From IMG/VR virus record IMGVR_UViG_3300017917_001342, positions 62,001-126,000 of that record: 64,000 nt of DNA, one strand, 5' to 3'. Of this stretch, positions 9,497 to 18,570 are shown in pieces (positions within the stretch are counted from its first letter, which is position 1; each line of letters starts with the position of its first letter). The translations under genes were made by a program, and so were the position numbers. The notes under the pieces are model-generated. The model saw only the letters and a list, made by a program, of their open reading frames with translations, had not been told where the DNA came from and did not search any database.

Positions 9497-9567
9497 CGGT
9501 TTGATCCTTTTGCAAATGTTAGTGTGATGCATACATAACATGAGTATGCATCACTGTCAAGTCTATA

Positions 9568-9855
9568 TCAGTTGCACCAGTAGCTTTCGCTAGCAACCGA
9601 GCAGTGCCACGGCGTGTTAACGGATTCTTCAACCAGTTCGCCAGTAAGAGCGTGACGAACCATGTGCGTACCAGCAATCAACATGCTGTACATCTTGTTG
9701 TCTTGCACAGCAAGTTGGTCTTCGGCAATGTTCTTTTTACGGCAAATACGAGTCTTTGCTGCTTTTGCAGCAGCTTCGGTAGCATAGTACTGCTTACCAT
9801 AAGCACGTTCGGTAACAATTGCAGTAGTGTTGACATTGTAAACCACGTAAGCCAT
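9568..9855 (-). CDS. Hypothetical early protein
   Basis: AAGGAG RBS before MAYVVY; TTGACA-N14-TGCTATGT promoter upstream. Confidence 0.75.
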   Translation of the reverse strand: MAYVVYNVNTTAIVTERAYGKQYYATEAAAKAAKTRICRKKNIAEDQLAVQDNKMYSMLIAGTHMVRHALTGELVEESVNTPWHCSVASESYWCN

Positions 9856-9927
9856 GTTGTGCGCTCCTTGCTGCGTTATGTTTATATACATAGCATAGGC
9901 ACAGGCAGTGTCAACCAAAATTTTTGG

Positions 9928-10269
9928 TTAACTTACAGATTCTGTAAAAATAATATGGCTGTCGTATTTGTCTAAAAATCTACTATAATCTTCAACATTA
10001 TCAAAGTAATAGATCACTCGATCGTTGTATGCCATACTGCTGGTAAATCTCACTGCTATGTCACCAATGAGATTGCGTTCACACCATCGACGTATTTCAA
10101 ACATTGTGTTGTGAGTAAACCATTCTGTTTGTGTGTCCATAGATGCAGCATGTGGCCACATGCGATTGGGCCACGGTGGATCCCGCTGATCATACTTTAA
10201 TAGATCAGCGGGCATAATCCACAACACTGTGTTTGGATCTAGACTATCTAAATCAATCCAACGTGCCAT
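9928..10269 (-). CDS. Small hypothetical protein (W..N..G...F...D...F family)
   Basis: ORF track; pattern shared with neighbours. Confidence 0.7.
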   Translation of the reverse strand: MARWIDLDSLDPNTVLWIMPADLLKYDQRDPPWPNRMWPHAASMDTQTEWFTHNTMFEIRRWCERNLIGDIAVRFTSSMAYNDRVIYYFDNVEDYSRFLDKYDSHIIFTESVS

Positions 10270-10271
10270 TA

Positions 10272-10589
10272 TTACATAGGACCGTCATATTCATATTCAT
10301 TTGGTAATGGTACATTATGACACAAACTAAACAATAGTGCATCAGATTTGTCATACAGTTCTATGTATAGGAATTCTCCGTTTCTTAAAGAGAACATAAA
10401 ACTGTCAGTGTCCCATCTACCTGTGCAGTTATCAACTAGCCATTTATACATTGTTGATTGTGTATAGTTTTTATTATCACATTCGCATTCTATCAGCCAT
10501 TTACTTGTATCAGTAATATCGAATGTACCATCTGACCGCACATCGGCGGGTTGGTAGAAGAATTGTTTAATTCTCAAGTTATTATCCAT
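10272..10589 (-). CDS. Small hypothetical protein (same family)
   Basis: WLVDNCTGRW...DALLFSL. Confidence 0.7.
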   Translation of the reverse strand: MDNNLRIKQFFYQPADVRSDGTFDITDTSKWLIECECDNKNYTQSTMYKWLVDNCTGRWDTDSFMFSLRNGEFLYIELYDKSDALLFSLCHNVPLPNEYEYDGPM

Positions 10590-10908
10590 GTGTTAAAATG
10601 TAATATAGTTTTACTTCTTCAAAATCTTCGTACTTTTTAAAAAACACTTCGTAGTCTTTTGAACTGCATAGCCAACTGGTAAATTTTTCAGGTTCTTTTT
10701 CGTGTTGATACCATTCAAGTGTATATTTGTAAGAACCTTTACCAAGCAACATCTCACAGGATTTTACAAAGCTATAATAACGACCTTTTGGTACAGTTAA
10801 GCGAAATTGATAGCCTCGACCAAATGCAGGATTGCGTTGGTTAATTCTACAGAATGTACCAAATTGGTACCGAGTATTTCGATATGCAATGTTGCTAGGT
10901 TGCATCAA
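10582..10908 (-). CDS. Small hypothetical protein
   Basis: ORF track; overlapping start and stop codons. Confidence 0.65.
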   Translation of the reverse strand: MMQPSNIAYRNTRYQFGTFCRINQRNPAFGRGYQFRLTVPKGRYYSFVKSCEMLLGKGSYKYTLEWYQHEKEPEKFTSWLCSSKDYEVFFKKYEDFEEVKLYYILTHG

Positions 10909-11411
10909 ATAGTAACTGATTGTGTTAAAGCAAAATTCAATGCTTTTTTATGATTGTCTATTAGTACTTCACATTTTCCGGAACCAATTGGCAATATTTC
11001 CCAACCATTGCCCATGTATGCATTAACTTGTTCGTCGAGTTCTATTTCTCGGCCTACATTTTTCTTTAACCATTTGATTGAATTAATGAGGTCGCTTGAA
11101 TTGATCACTATTCGTTTAGCATTGCTCCATTTTTTCTTAAATTTTGTGTAGTCTAGTTCTTTAAGAAAAATAAAGCTGAATATCTCATAAAAACAATATT
11201 CTTTTTCTGTAGAATCAGTGTCACTGGATTTAGAGATCTCATCTTCCCAAAGTAAAAAGCATTTGTCAGCTTTAAGCTTTTTTGTAATATAATCTCTATG
11301 ATTTTTATATCGTTTATAATGTTTTTTGTTAGGCCACTCTTTGTTGTATTCAGCAACAGCATTTTCAATATATTTTTGAATTAATTCCGGGTGTGCATAA
11401 AAATTGCTCAT
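10905..11411 (-). CDS. Hypothetical protein (same family)
   Basis: WLKKNVG...ALNFAL; ATGA overlap with the DNA ligase gene. Confidence 0.65.
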   Translation of the reverse strand: MSNFYAHPELIQKYIENAVAEYNKEWPNKKHYKRYKNHRDYITKKLKADKCFLLWEDEISKSSDTDSTEKEYCFYEIFSFIFLKELDYTKFKKKWSNAKRIVINSSDLINSIKWLKKNVGREIELDEQVNAYMGNGWEILPIGSGKCEVLIDNHKKALNFALTQSVTI

Positions 11412-12754
11412 TCATCATCTTTCTTTTTGTCGTTACGGAAGCCCATGAATGTAGGAAATCTCACGCTCCATACATCATCGCTATCTTGATTCTTAGTCAG
11501 CGCATCGCCTTTGATTTCAACAATGCGGCCAATAACTGCGTTGCGATTACGCCAAATTTCATCACGCAGCTCTTCACTAAAGCCACTGCCTACACTGACT
11601 TCAATCAGCTTGTCTTGATCAACTCCGCGGCACACAAGGTTACCAAGTGTATGCTTGAAGCGGCTGTCTTCTTTACCAGGTTCAACACCAATCACTTCGA
11701 GATCAACTGTGATAAAAGGCTTCATCTTAAGCCATGCATCGGTGCGCTTAGTACGATAGGTAGCAGCAGGGTCTTTGATCATAATGCCTTCGTAGCCAGC
11801 AGCAACAGTTTCGTTGTTAAACTGTTTGAACTCTGCTTGACCTTCCGGTGTGTCAAGGTCAATGGCTTTTTTAGGAATCACATAAACACGTTCACCGCAG
11901 TGTTCTTTCAGCAGTGGCATGAAACCAACCAGCACATCTTGTCGATCTCTCTGTGACATTTTGCATTCGCCTGCAAGAAAGTCAACCAATGGCACAATAT
12001 CAAACAGCGCCAGTTTGGCATCGCTAGTGTCAACGTTTTCTTTGCGGTTTAGCTGCTTCATTAGATCTTGGAAATTGCGGCTAACCATTTCTCCATCAAG
12101 CACAATGCTCTGCTTGAGGTGCGGAATCAGTTTGGCAAGATCGCTGGAAATCTTATCAAAGCGATCGTTCTGCCGACCATCACGGCTGTATTGCGTAACA
12201 GTTTTGTTGTCGATGTTAACAATGCTGATAATACGAACACCGTCAAGCTTGGGATCGAGATATTTCCAACCTTTCATCTTCTTAGGATGATCATCTGCGT
12301 TCTTAGCAAGTTGGCAGCTAAACACAGGAATAATATAGTCTTCAGTGCCTTCAAGGCTTTCAAGCACTTTGTTAACAGTGCTTTCGGTAATGCCACACTT
12401 GAGATCTTTAAGCAATATGCGACGATACCACCCGTTCCACTCGTCAGTACTTGACACATTTGCAGCATCGCGCAGTGCGTCACGAGCAGCATTGCCTGTG
12501 AGTTCACGTAGTCGCAAACGTTCAAGCAGTGCAGTAAACTTTTCCCAGTTCATACCGCTTACAAAGCCTGGCATGTCAGGATCTTCAATCTGAGGCGCTT
12601 TCTTAACACCAAAGGTAACCATAGCATCATATGCTAGCTTGGCACCTGCAAAAAATTCTACACAACCCTGCTCCCAGGCATTGCGAATGATACGTTCTTT
12701 ATCCAAACGCCCGCTGGTGGATTCAAGCTGGGCAATGACTTCGTAGGGTTTCAT
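11408..12754 (-). CDS. lig: ATP-dependent DNA ligase
   Basis: KLDGVR adenylation motif, LDGEM, EGIMIK, WLKMK, OB-fold GSGFS...RFPTF. Confidence 0.93.
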   Translation of the reverse strand: MKPYEVIAQLESTSGRLDKERIIRNAWEQGCVEFFAGAKLAYDAMVTFGVKKAPQIEDPDMPGFVSGMNWEKFTALLERLRLRELTGNAARDALRDAANVSSTDEWNGWYRRILLKDLKCGITESTVNKVLESLEGTEDYIIPVFSCQLAKNADDHPKKMKGWKYLDPKLDGVRIISIVNIDNKTVTQYSRDGRQNDRFDKISSDLAKLIPHLKQSIVLDGEMVSRNFQDLMKQLNRKENVDTSDAKLALFDIVPLVDFLAGECKMSQRDRQDVLVGFMPLLKEHCGERVYVIPKKAIDLDTPEGQAEFKQFNNETVAAGYEGIMIKDPAATYRTKRTDAWLKMKPFITVDLEVIGVEPGKEDSRFKHTLGNLVCRGVDQDKLIEVSVGSGFSEELRDEIWRNRNAVIGRIVEIKGDALTKNQDSDDVWSVRFPTFMGFRNDKKKDDE

Positions 12755-12822
12755 GTGATGTCTCAACAGTGTTGGTTACTGTTGAGTTATAGCATGCAGA
12801 TCAATGTCTGTCAATACTGTGT

Positions 12823-13644
12823 TTATTTCTCTATCGGCTGTGCTGCTAAGCTGCGTTCAAATGCAGACAGTTCAGGCCAATTTGCACTGTGCTTGCGCAA
12901 GTGATCAAGTATTCTGGTAACATGGTACACTGCATTTATCTTCATACGTTCTAACATGTATTTGATAATGTAAGGCTTAACTTCTGGATTGTTTAGAATG
13001 GTTGGGTTTTCAATGTAGGTTATGGTTGCAGGATTATCTTTAATAACTGCCCATTGTACAGATTCTGTAGGATTTACTATATGTTGTATACTATATGGAT
13101 CACGGTTAACTGCGGTCATTTGCAGTGTTTCATCAGGATCATCTATATAGCGTATATAATCTGGATCACTCTTTATAGCTTTGAGTTTGGTTTCGTAATC
13201 CATCTTGCCCAAATAATCAAACCAAGCAGCTTCTGCTTGCCCACTGAGATAGTAGCTGCCATAGGTTACATAGACTTCATTACCAGTATATCTGATAAAA
13301 TCTGTAACAGTGGAACGCCGTACATCACCTATATCAAATGGTGCAAACAGTTCTGTAAACAATGGGATTAATGCTGCATCTAAACCTTTAAGTTTATTAT
13401 CAGACGCAATTATACCTGTATCACCTGTGCTAAAGTAAACACGTATAATACCAGTAGCTACATCAAATTCCACTCGCACTACTAGTAGAGTGTTGCCGTT
13501 ATGTAGTTTTACTTTGTAGTTGAGATGATCAAAATACGCAACAGGTCCATTTTCTGACGGAGTAACTAATTCTATCCATTCAGGAGTTGAATCTGAGTTA
13601 TTCATTGATTCTATGAGTTTTATATGATGTCTGATATCTTGCAT
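12823..13644 (-). CDS. Putative head protein with DUF4116-like repeats and C-terminal WPE module
   Basis: Repeats DPDETLQMTAV / NPTESVQWAVI; C-terminus NWPELSAFERSL; ATAAATA late promoter upstream. Confidence 0.75.
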   Translation of the reverse strand: MQDIRHHIKLIESMNNSDSTPEWIELVTPSENGPVAYFDHLNYKVKLHNGNTLLVVRVEFDVATGIIRVYFSTGDTGIIASDNKLKGLDAALIPLFTELFAPFDIGDVRRSTVTDFIRYTGNEVYVTYGSYYLSGQAEAAWFDYLGKMDYETKLKAIKSDPDYIRYIDDPDETLQMTAVNRDPYSIQHIVNPTESVQWAVIKDNPATITYIENPTILNNPEVKPYIIKYMLERMKINAVYHVTRILDHLRKHSANWPELSAFERSLAAQPIEK

Positions 13645-13830
13645 GTGATATTTATTAGTTCGGCGTAAGCCGAACTGCGCCTTTCGTTTATTTCGTTTCG
13701 CAGGCTACACTCATAAACTCAATCGCTGGATTAATATTCTATGATCTTTTATATTTCGCTAGATTCTGTGCTCACAAGACGACAGTGTTGCCGTCTTGTA
13801 AAAAAAGGTCCAACATTTCGCTGAGTTCCT

Positions 13831-14185
13831 TAGCTTGTCCAACTGATCGCAACCTGGTTACAGGAAAGGGGCTGTCATGATTTCCTCCCTTTTACGTTGA
13901 TTTCTGCCCATCTCGTTCAATAGCCTTCGGACTAACAATACCATTGAATGTCATAGATGTAGGGTTACCGTCTACTACCCTAAGTGTCATGTAAAATGAC
14001 TTCGACCGTTGATTGCTTATTCTGATATGCAAAGCTTTTTATTTCAGTCATGAGACTACGGAACCGGAACGCCGGAAGCTACACATCCACCATCAGTGGG
14101 TAGTGCATACCAGTCATGCTGCCGCCCATGTGCATCCCTCCCTGTCCGAAGGTGAGCAGTCCTAGTCGATCGCTTGGACAAGCTA
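13831..14185. ncRNA. Candidate large structured ncRNA (~355 nt)
   Basis: Lies in a ~600-bp gene-free gap; closed by a perfect 12-bp inverted repeat TAGCTTGTCCAA/TTGGACAAGCTA; many internal hairpins. Confidence 0.5.
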
Positions 14186-14206
14186 TCGGCAGTGTTCGTA
14201 CATAGT

Positions 14207-14234
14207 AAAAAAGGGCAAGTAAACTTGCCCTTTT
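14207..14234. terminator. Intrinsic terminator
   Basis: AAAAAAGGGCAAGT-AA-ACTTGCCCTTTT hairpin with U-tracts on both strands. Confidence 0.8.
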
Positions 14235-14239
14235 GATGG

Positions 14240-15007
14240 TTATGGTTGCCAGCCAGGCGGCGGCGTTGCACCGCTAGTATAAGCAGGGAATGCACTGTTT
14301 GATGTGCTAGCTGTATATCTGCTCTTTAACACAATGCCTCTACGTTGTAGGTTTTTGCTACTGTCGTAGTATATTGCCATAATAGCATTTGGTATACTGT
14401 GATTTTCGCGTACAAACTGTGTTGGCACTGTATTCCATTGTGTTGCTTGTCCGAAACCTGTGCCAACATTTTGAGATACTGCATTTGTTACTGCTATGTT
14501 GTTTAAACTAGCACTAGATGCAACACCACTTGATATGCTCAGTCCTCGCAGTGCATTTGGATTATATCCACTGCTATGAGGATCTGCTGCATAGGTGTAG
14601 GTGGTATAAACAGGCTGTTGCCATTCTTTAAACACCATAGCACCTATTACACCAGTGTTGCTGACATTGCCACCTATTTTAGCCACATAGCTTTTGTCAC
14701 TGCGACTAAAGTAAAACTCCGCAGCAGTTTGGTTATCTAGCTTCCAACCTGGTATGTCAAGTGTGCTGTTGCCATTTACAACATAGCCTTCACTGAGATG
14801 TCCAGCAGGTTTGCCTTTTAAAACATCTAAGCCGTCTACGCTGAAGATTGCCAGTACTCTGTTAGGACTTCGGTTGGTAAAGCGGATAGTGTAATTACTA
14901 CCCTCTCTACCTTCTATCCAGACCTGACCTTGATGATAGTATTCATCTGCAGGTCTACGTCCTAGTGGGCAGATCTCCAGCTGATATTGTGCGCTGGGAT
15001 CGTACAT
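14240..15007 (-). CDS. Conserved hypothetical protein coupled to the vWA gene
   Basis: Y.IR..N....RV....SVDGLDV...GY......I.GW motif; 1 bp from the vWA gene. Confidence 0.75.
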   Translation of the reverse strand: MYDPSAQYQLEICPLGRRPADEYYHQGQVWIEGREGSNYTIRFTNRSPNRVLAIFSVDGLDVLKGKPAGHLSEGYVVNGNSTLDIPGWKLDNQTAAEFYFSRSDKSYVAKIGGNVSNTGVIGAMVFKEWQQPVYTTYTYAADPHSSGYNPNALRGLSISSGVASSASLNNIAVTNAVSQNVGTGFGQATQWNTVPTQFVRENHSIPNAIMAIYYDSSKNLQRRGIVLKSRYTASTSNSAFPAYTSGATPPPGWQP

Positions 15008-15008
15008 C

Positions 15009-15767
15009 TCACTTTACCTTTGCACGTTCTTCGTCTGTGAAGCTAGCACTGGCGTAGACAGCTTGGGTATCCATACCAGCCATTTTAGCACTGCGCATAC
15101 GAACAGTAGTTGCACTAAGCACATCCATGGTCTGAGCCATGTTAGCTGTGCTGTAGTTAACACTGTTAGACACGTTCATACCAAAACTTGCACCTACAGA
15201 GAACGCATCAATGTTTGCACCTAGGAATACAAAACTCCAGTCTGCTTTTTCAGCAGCAGCAACCATAGCTTTGATCTGCTCGTTGTTGTATTTGCGGCTG
15301 GAATTTTCCTCACCGTCGGTCATAATCAACACGATTACACCCGGACGATCTTTCTTCTTAGACTTCTCAAGAGTAGTGTTAACTTGCTCAATTGTATAAC
15401 CAATGCAGTCAAGTAGGTTGGTACCACCATTGGGTGTGTAGTTGGTTTTGTCAAGTGCAGGTACTTCTGCAAGTGGACGATCAGCAAATACAGTTTTGAT
15501 CTGAGGTGCATCAAACTTGTTCAGCGTAAGCACAGCATCGCCTGCATCTTTTGCAGCACGCTGGCCTTGTACGAATTCATTGAATCCACTGATAGTCTGT
15601 TCCCAGCAGCTATTCATACTGCCGCTTTCGTCTAGTACAACTGCGATAAGGTTACCGTTGGTACCAGCTTTTTTAAATTTGTATTTGGGAGTTGTAGTTG
15701 CAACTGTGGTTGTTACAGTTGTCTGTGCGAGGCCGAGGCCAGGAAACGGATTGGGTAGTGTAGCCAT
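15009..15767 (-). CDS. von Willebrand factor A domain protein
   Basis: MIDAS motif DESGS, GGTNLLD, MTDGEEN, FLGAN. Confidence 0.88.
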   Translation of the reverse strand: MATLPNPFPGLGLAQTTVTTTVATTTPKYKFKKAGTNGNLIAVVLDESGSMNSCWEQTISGFNEFVQGQRAAKDAGDAVLTLNKFDAPQIKTVFADRPLAEVPALDKTNYTPNGGTNLLDCIGYTIEQVNTTLEKSKKKDRPGVIVLIMTDGEENSSRKYNNEQIKAMVAAAEKADWSFVFLGANIDAFSVGASFGMNVSNSVNYSTANMAQTMDVLSATTVRMRSAKMAGMDTQAVYASASFTDEERAKVK

Positions 15768-15883
15768 TGTTTTCTCCTTTAGGGTCTTAACTGCCTAGAA
15801 TCACCTCTAGGTCTTTACCGCCCTATTACTGCACCCTGTGTGCATTAAAACTATTTATAGTGCCTAAAAGCGCAAAACTCAAA

Positions 15884-16201
15884 TCATCCTTGTTCTTTTT
15901 TAATCTGCTGTATACTATTTCTTATAGTATCAATTTCTGGCCAGGCTACACCTAATTCGCTAACTTGCCACGCTAATGCATCTGCTAGATAGAAAGCTTC
16001 TCGTTTAAAGTATGTTAAAATCATACGTATAATTTGCGTTTTATGTGGATCTAACAGTTCTGCATGGTTACCTCGATAACCAATATCTAACAGTTCTAAC
16101 AGAGCAACCCTCACGCCACCCATGTTATCATCGTCAAGAAATTCTTTGAGATATTTCAAATGATTCTTTGGATTGCGTTCTTCAGTGAGTTTGTATGTCA
16201 T
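15884..16201 (-). CDS. Small protein consisting mostly of the WPE module
   Basis: KTQIIRMIL...AWPEIDTIRNSI; ATGA overlap start. Confidence 0.7.
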   Translation of the reverse strand: MTYKLTEERNPKNHLKYLKEFLDDDNMGGVRVALLELLDIGYRGNHAELLDPHKTQIIRMILTYFKREAFYLADALAWQVSELGVAWPEIDTIRNSIQQIKKEQG

Positions 16202-17463
16202 TGAGTATCCTTTAACCATTGTTCAAGTTTTGTAGCATTAACTGAATTTAAATCTCTAAATATCATTATCAGTTTTTGTCTGTTTGATATTAATCTATCC
16301 CAATGTTGTGATCGTAATGCTGCAATATCTGTTATGTTACATATCGTTTCTAATTGTTCGCCTATCATGTGTATTCTCTGCCATGGATCTAATTCGGTAT
16401 CGTAAGAATGATCTATTATATCGTCAAACATATCAAATCCATGCCGTCTAAGTTTGTCAACCATACCTGGTACACTTACCATTAATGGGAATTGGCATAG
16501 TAAAAATGCCTTAGATGTTTTTTCTGTGATAAAAGGTTTAGACCATAATATTACACCATCTAACACTTCGTCCTGACTGGTTTCACAAATGACATTGATT
16601 GCAGCTTTGTTAATTTTATCATCGCTTACATCATATTGACGTTTATCTGTGTAATGGACGAAGCCGTCTAATAAAAATGGAAATCTCTGTTTGTGTTTAA
16701 GATCTATATAAGGTGTATTATAAAAATCGTAATCTGGTTGTCCTGCACCACAGCTTAGATTCCCGTACAGTTCTAATTTGCGATTTAAAATTTCGTTTGC
16801 CATCATTAAACGCAATGGCCTTGGATTTTTTGCTAGCATTATAAAATGATACAGTGTTTCATATTCCTGACTGGGTATATTACGTAATCCTATGGTGTAT
16901 CCGCATTTTGTATCTATATTACTAACAGGTATGTCTGGTTCTTCTATACATGCCCAAAACAATATGTCTTTTGAGCGTATACCAGATTCTATCAATTGAT
17001 CACACAGCGGTTTAAGATGATTATAATAATCTGGTGCTTCTAAACTGTTGTCGAGTATTACACTCATACGATCATTGGGATGAGTATTGCGCACTTTATT
17101 GAATTCTTCCCATGGAAATGCACCTGCTATTTCGTAGCCGTATCTATGTCGCCAATCCCAGATAAAAAAATGTCGATTATGTAATAGAGTTTTGTCGTTT
17201 ATTGCACCGAATAAATTGTATTCCCATTGGGGTAAATGTACATATTCACCATATCCGGTTAGATATTGATTAACTGGTATTGGTAATTCAACCGCAGCTC
17301 TTCCGTGATTCAGTTCATGTATAGTACGATGTCCAGTGAATATGTCTCGACACAGGTCATCTGCAAGTTCCGCTATTGATATGTCTGTACCAGTTGGTAA
17401 TTGTGTAGCATTAAATGCCACTGCAATTATAATGTCATTGCGTTTAGCTGCCCATGCCATCAA
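16198..17463 (-). CDS. Putative glycosyltransferase-like protein (paralogue 1)
   Basis: C-terminal ITEKTSK...LRRHGFDMFDDIIDHSYD motif, shared with 22863 and 32909. Confidence 0.55.
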   Translation of the reverse strand: MMAWAAKRNDIIIAVAFNATQLPTGTDISIAELADDLCRDIFTGHRTIHELNHGRAAVELPIPVNQYLTGYGEYVHLPQWEYNLFGAINDKTLLHNRHFFIWDWRHRYGYEIAGAFPWEEFNKVRNTHPNDRMSVILDNSLEAPDYYNHLKPLCDQLIESGIRSKDILFWACIEEPDIPVSNIDTKCGYTIGLRNIPSQEYETLYHFIMLAKNPRPLRLMMANEILNRKLELYGNLSCGAGQPDYDFYNTPYIDLKHKQRFPFLLDGFVHYTDKRQYDVSDDKINKAAINVICETSQDEVLDGVILWSKPFITEKTSKAFLLCQFPLMVSVPGMVDKLRRHGFDMFDDIIDHSYDTELDPWQRIHMIGEQLETICNITDIAALRSQHWDRLISNRQKLIMIFRDLNSVNATKLEQWLKDTQ

Positions 17464-18083
17464 ATATCAACCGTGGGAAACAATACTGTAGTTATAAATT
17501 CTTCAGCTAGTTCGTCGCCTAACAGATTTTTAATAGCTTTAACTGTGTGTTCATTTCTGCGTTGTTGTAGACAATAATGATTTTGTGCGGCAACGACATC
17601 CACAGCATCAGATGTTGCAAATCCTAACGTAGTAAGGTAATTGGTTAATACACGCTTTGCATCGTCTGCAATAGCGTAGAGTTCTTCTCCAGTTGGACGA
17701 CAAGCAATCCAGTGTTCGCCAAATATATCTCCCCATTCAGGTCGCTGCCTTGGACGTTCAATTGGCAATGCAGTAAATGGCTCGCTTGGTAATACTGTGG
17801 GACTTAGATCCCAAAACAAACCTGTGACTTTAGATTCGCCTGCTATCACGTCAAAACCAAATATTGGACTGGGATCTGTTATGTGCGGAAACACGCAACA
17901 GTGAACTACCATAAAACGGTCTTGATTGAAAATTTCCACATGACCTAATCTAAAATTAGGACTTGTCCAACGATGATTTTCCCAACCGTAGTCTTTGGTA
18001 TAGATCGGTGTACTGCTAGGTTGGGAAGCAATTATGCTACAAAAATCTCTTGCAACACTATCCAAATAATCTATGTATGTCAT
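17460..18083 (-). CDS. Ferredoxin-dependent bilin reductase (PcyA/PcyX family)
   Basis: GHVE, HCCVFP, PIFGFDVIAG, DLSP, EWGDIF, QNHYC.QQ..NEHT, LFP. Confidence 0.85.
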   Translation of the reverse strand: MTYIDYLDSVARDFCSIIASQPSSTPIYTKDYGWENHRWTSPNFRLGHVEIFNQDRFMVVHCCVFPHITDPSPIFGFDVIAGESKVTGLFWDLSPTVLPSEPFTALPIERPRQRPEWGDIFGEHWIACRPTGEELYAIADDAKRVLTNYLTTLGFATSDAVDVVAAQNHYCLQQRRNEHTVKAIKNLLGDELAEEFITTVLFPTVDI

Positions 18084-18567
18084 CGTAGATTTTCATGGTC
18101 CATTCAAATGCAGCATTGGCTTCGTCGTGGCTTATATCAGTGATATTGCTGCGAACATAACCAATGCAGTCTTTAAGATTTTCAAATTTCAAATGTGCAT
18201 GCGGGCCTGGCAATGATTTACCAATCATCTGTCCACCATACATATTTCCTAGATAATGAACGTAGATGTGCGCCCAGCGATCCTTCTCAGATAACGCACT
18301 GAGATAATTAACATAATTTTTAACTTCTGGTGCAATTTCTGTGTGTTTAACTTCGAAACTATCAATGTCATGAAGTATTAAACTACAACGCAGTACTTCT
18401 ATTTTTTTGATTGTGTCGGTTCTTTCAAGCTCGGCGTATACTTCCAGCATGTTTTTTAAAAACGCTGCATAGAGTTGCTTGCTCATACCACCAGTTATCA
18501 TCAACTGGCTCAGTGCTGTTTGTTCAGCGCGAGTATGACTTTCGCGCACTGCTTCACGTAATTCCAT
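18058..18567 (-). CDS. hemO: Heme oxygenase
   Basis: LRE...H..AE, AHIYVHYLGNMYGGQMI, EAN.AF. Confidence 0.88.
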   Translation of the reverse strand: MELREAVRESHTRAEQTALSQLMITGGMSKQLYAAFLKNMLEVYAELERTDTIKKIEVLRCSLILHDIDSFEVKHTEIAPEVKNYVNYLSALSEKDRWAHIYVHYLGNMYGGQMIGKSLPGPHAHLKFENLKDCIGYVRSNITDISHDEANAAFEWTMKIYDDIHRLFG

Positions 18568-18570
18568 AAC

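Noticed and set aside
13831-14185. RNase P RNA or tmRNA
   Set aside because: I could not find the GAGGAAAGTCC P4 signature or tRNA-like ends on either strand.
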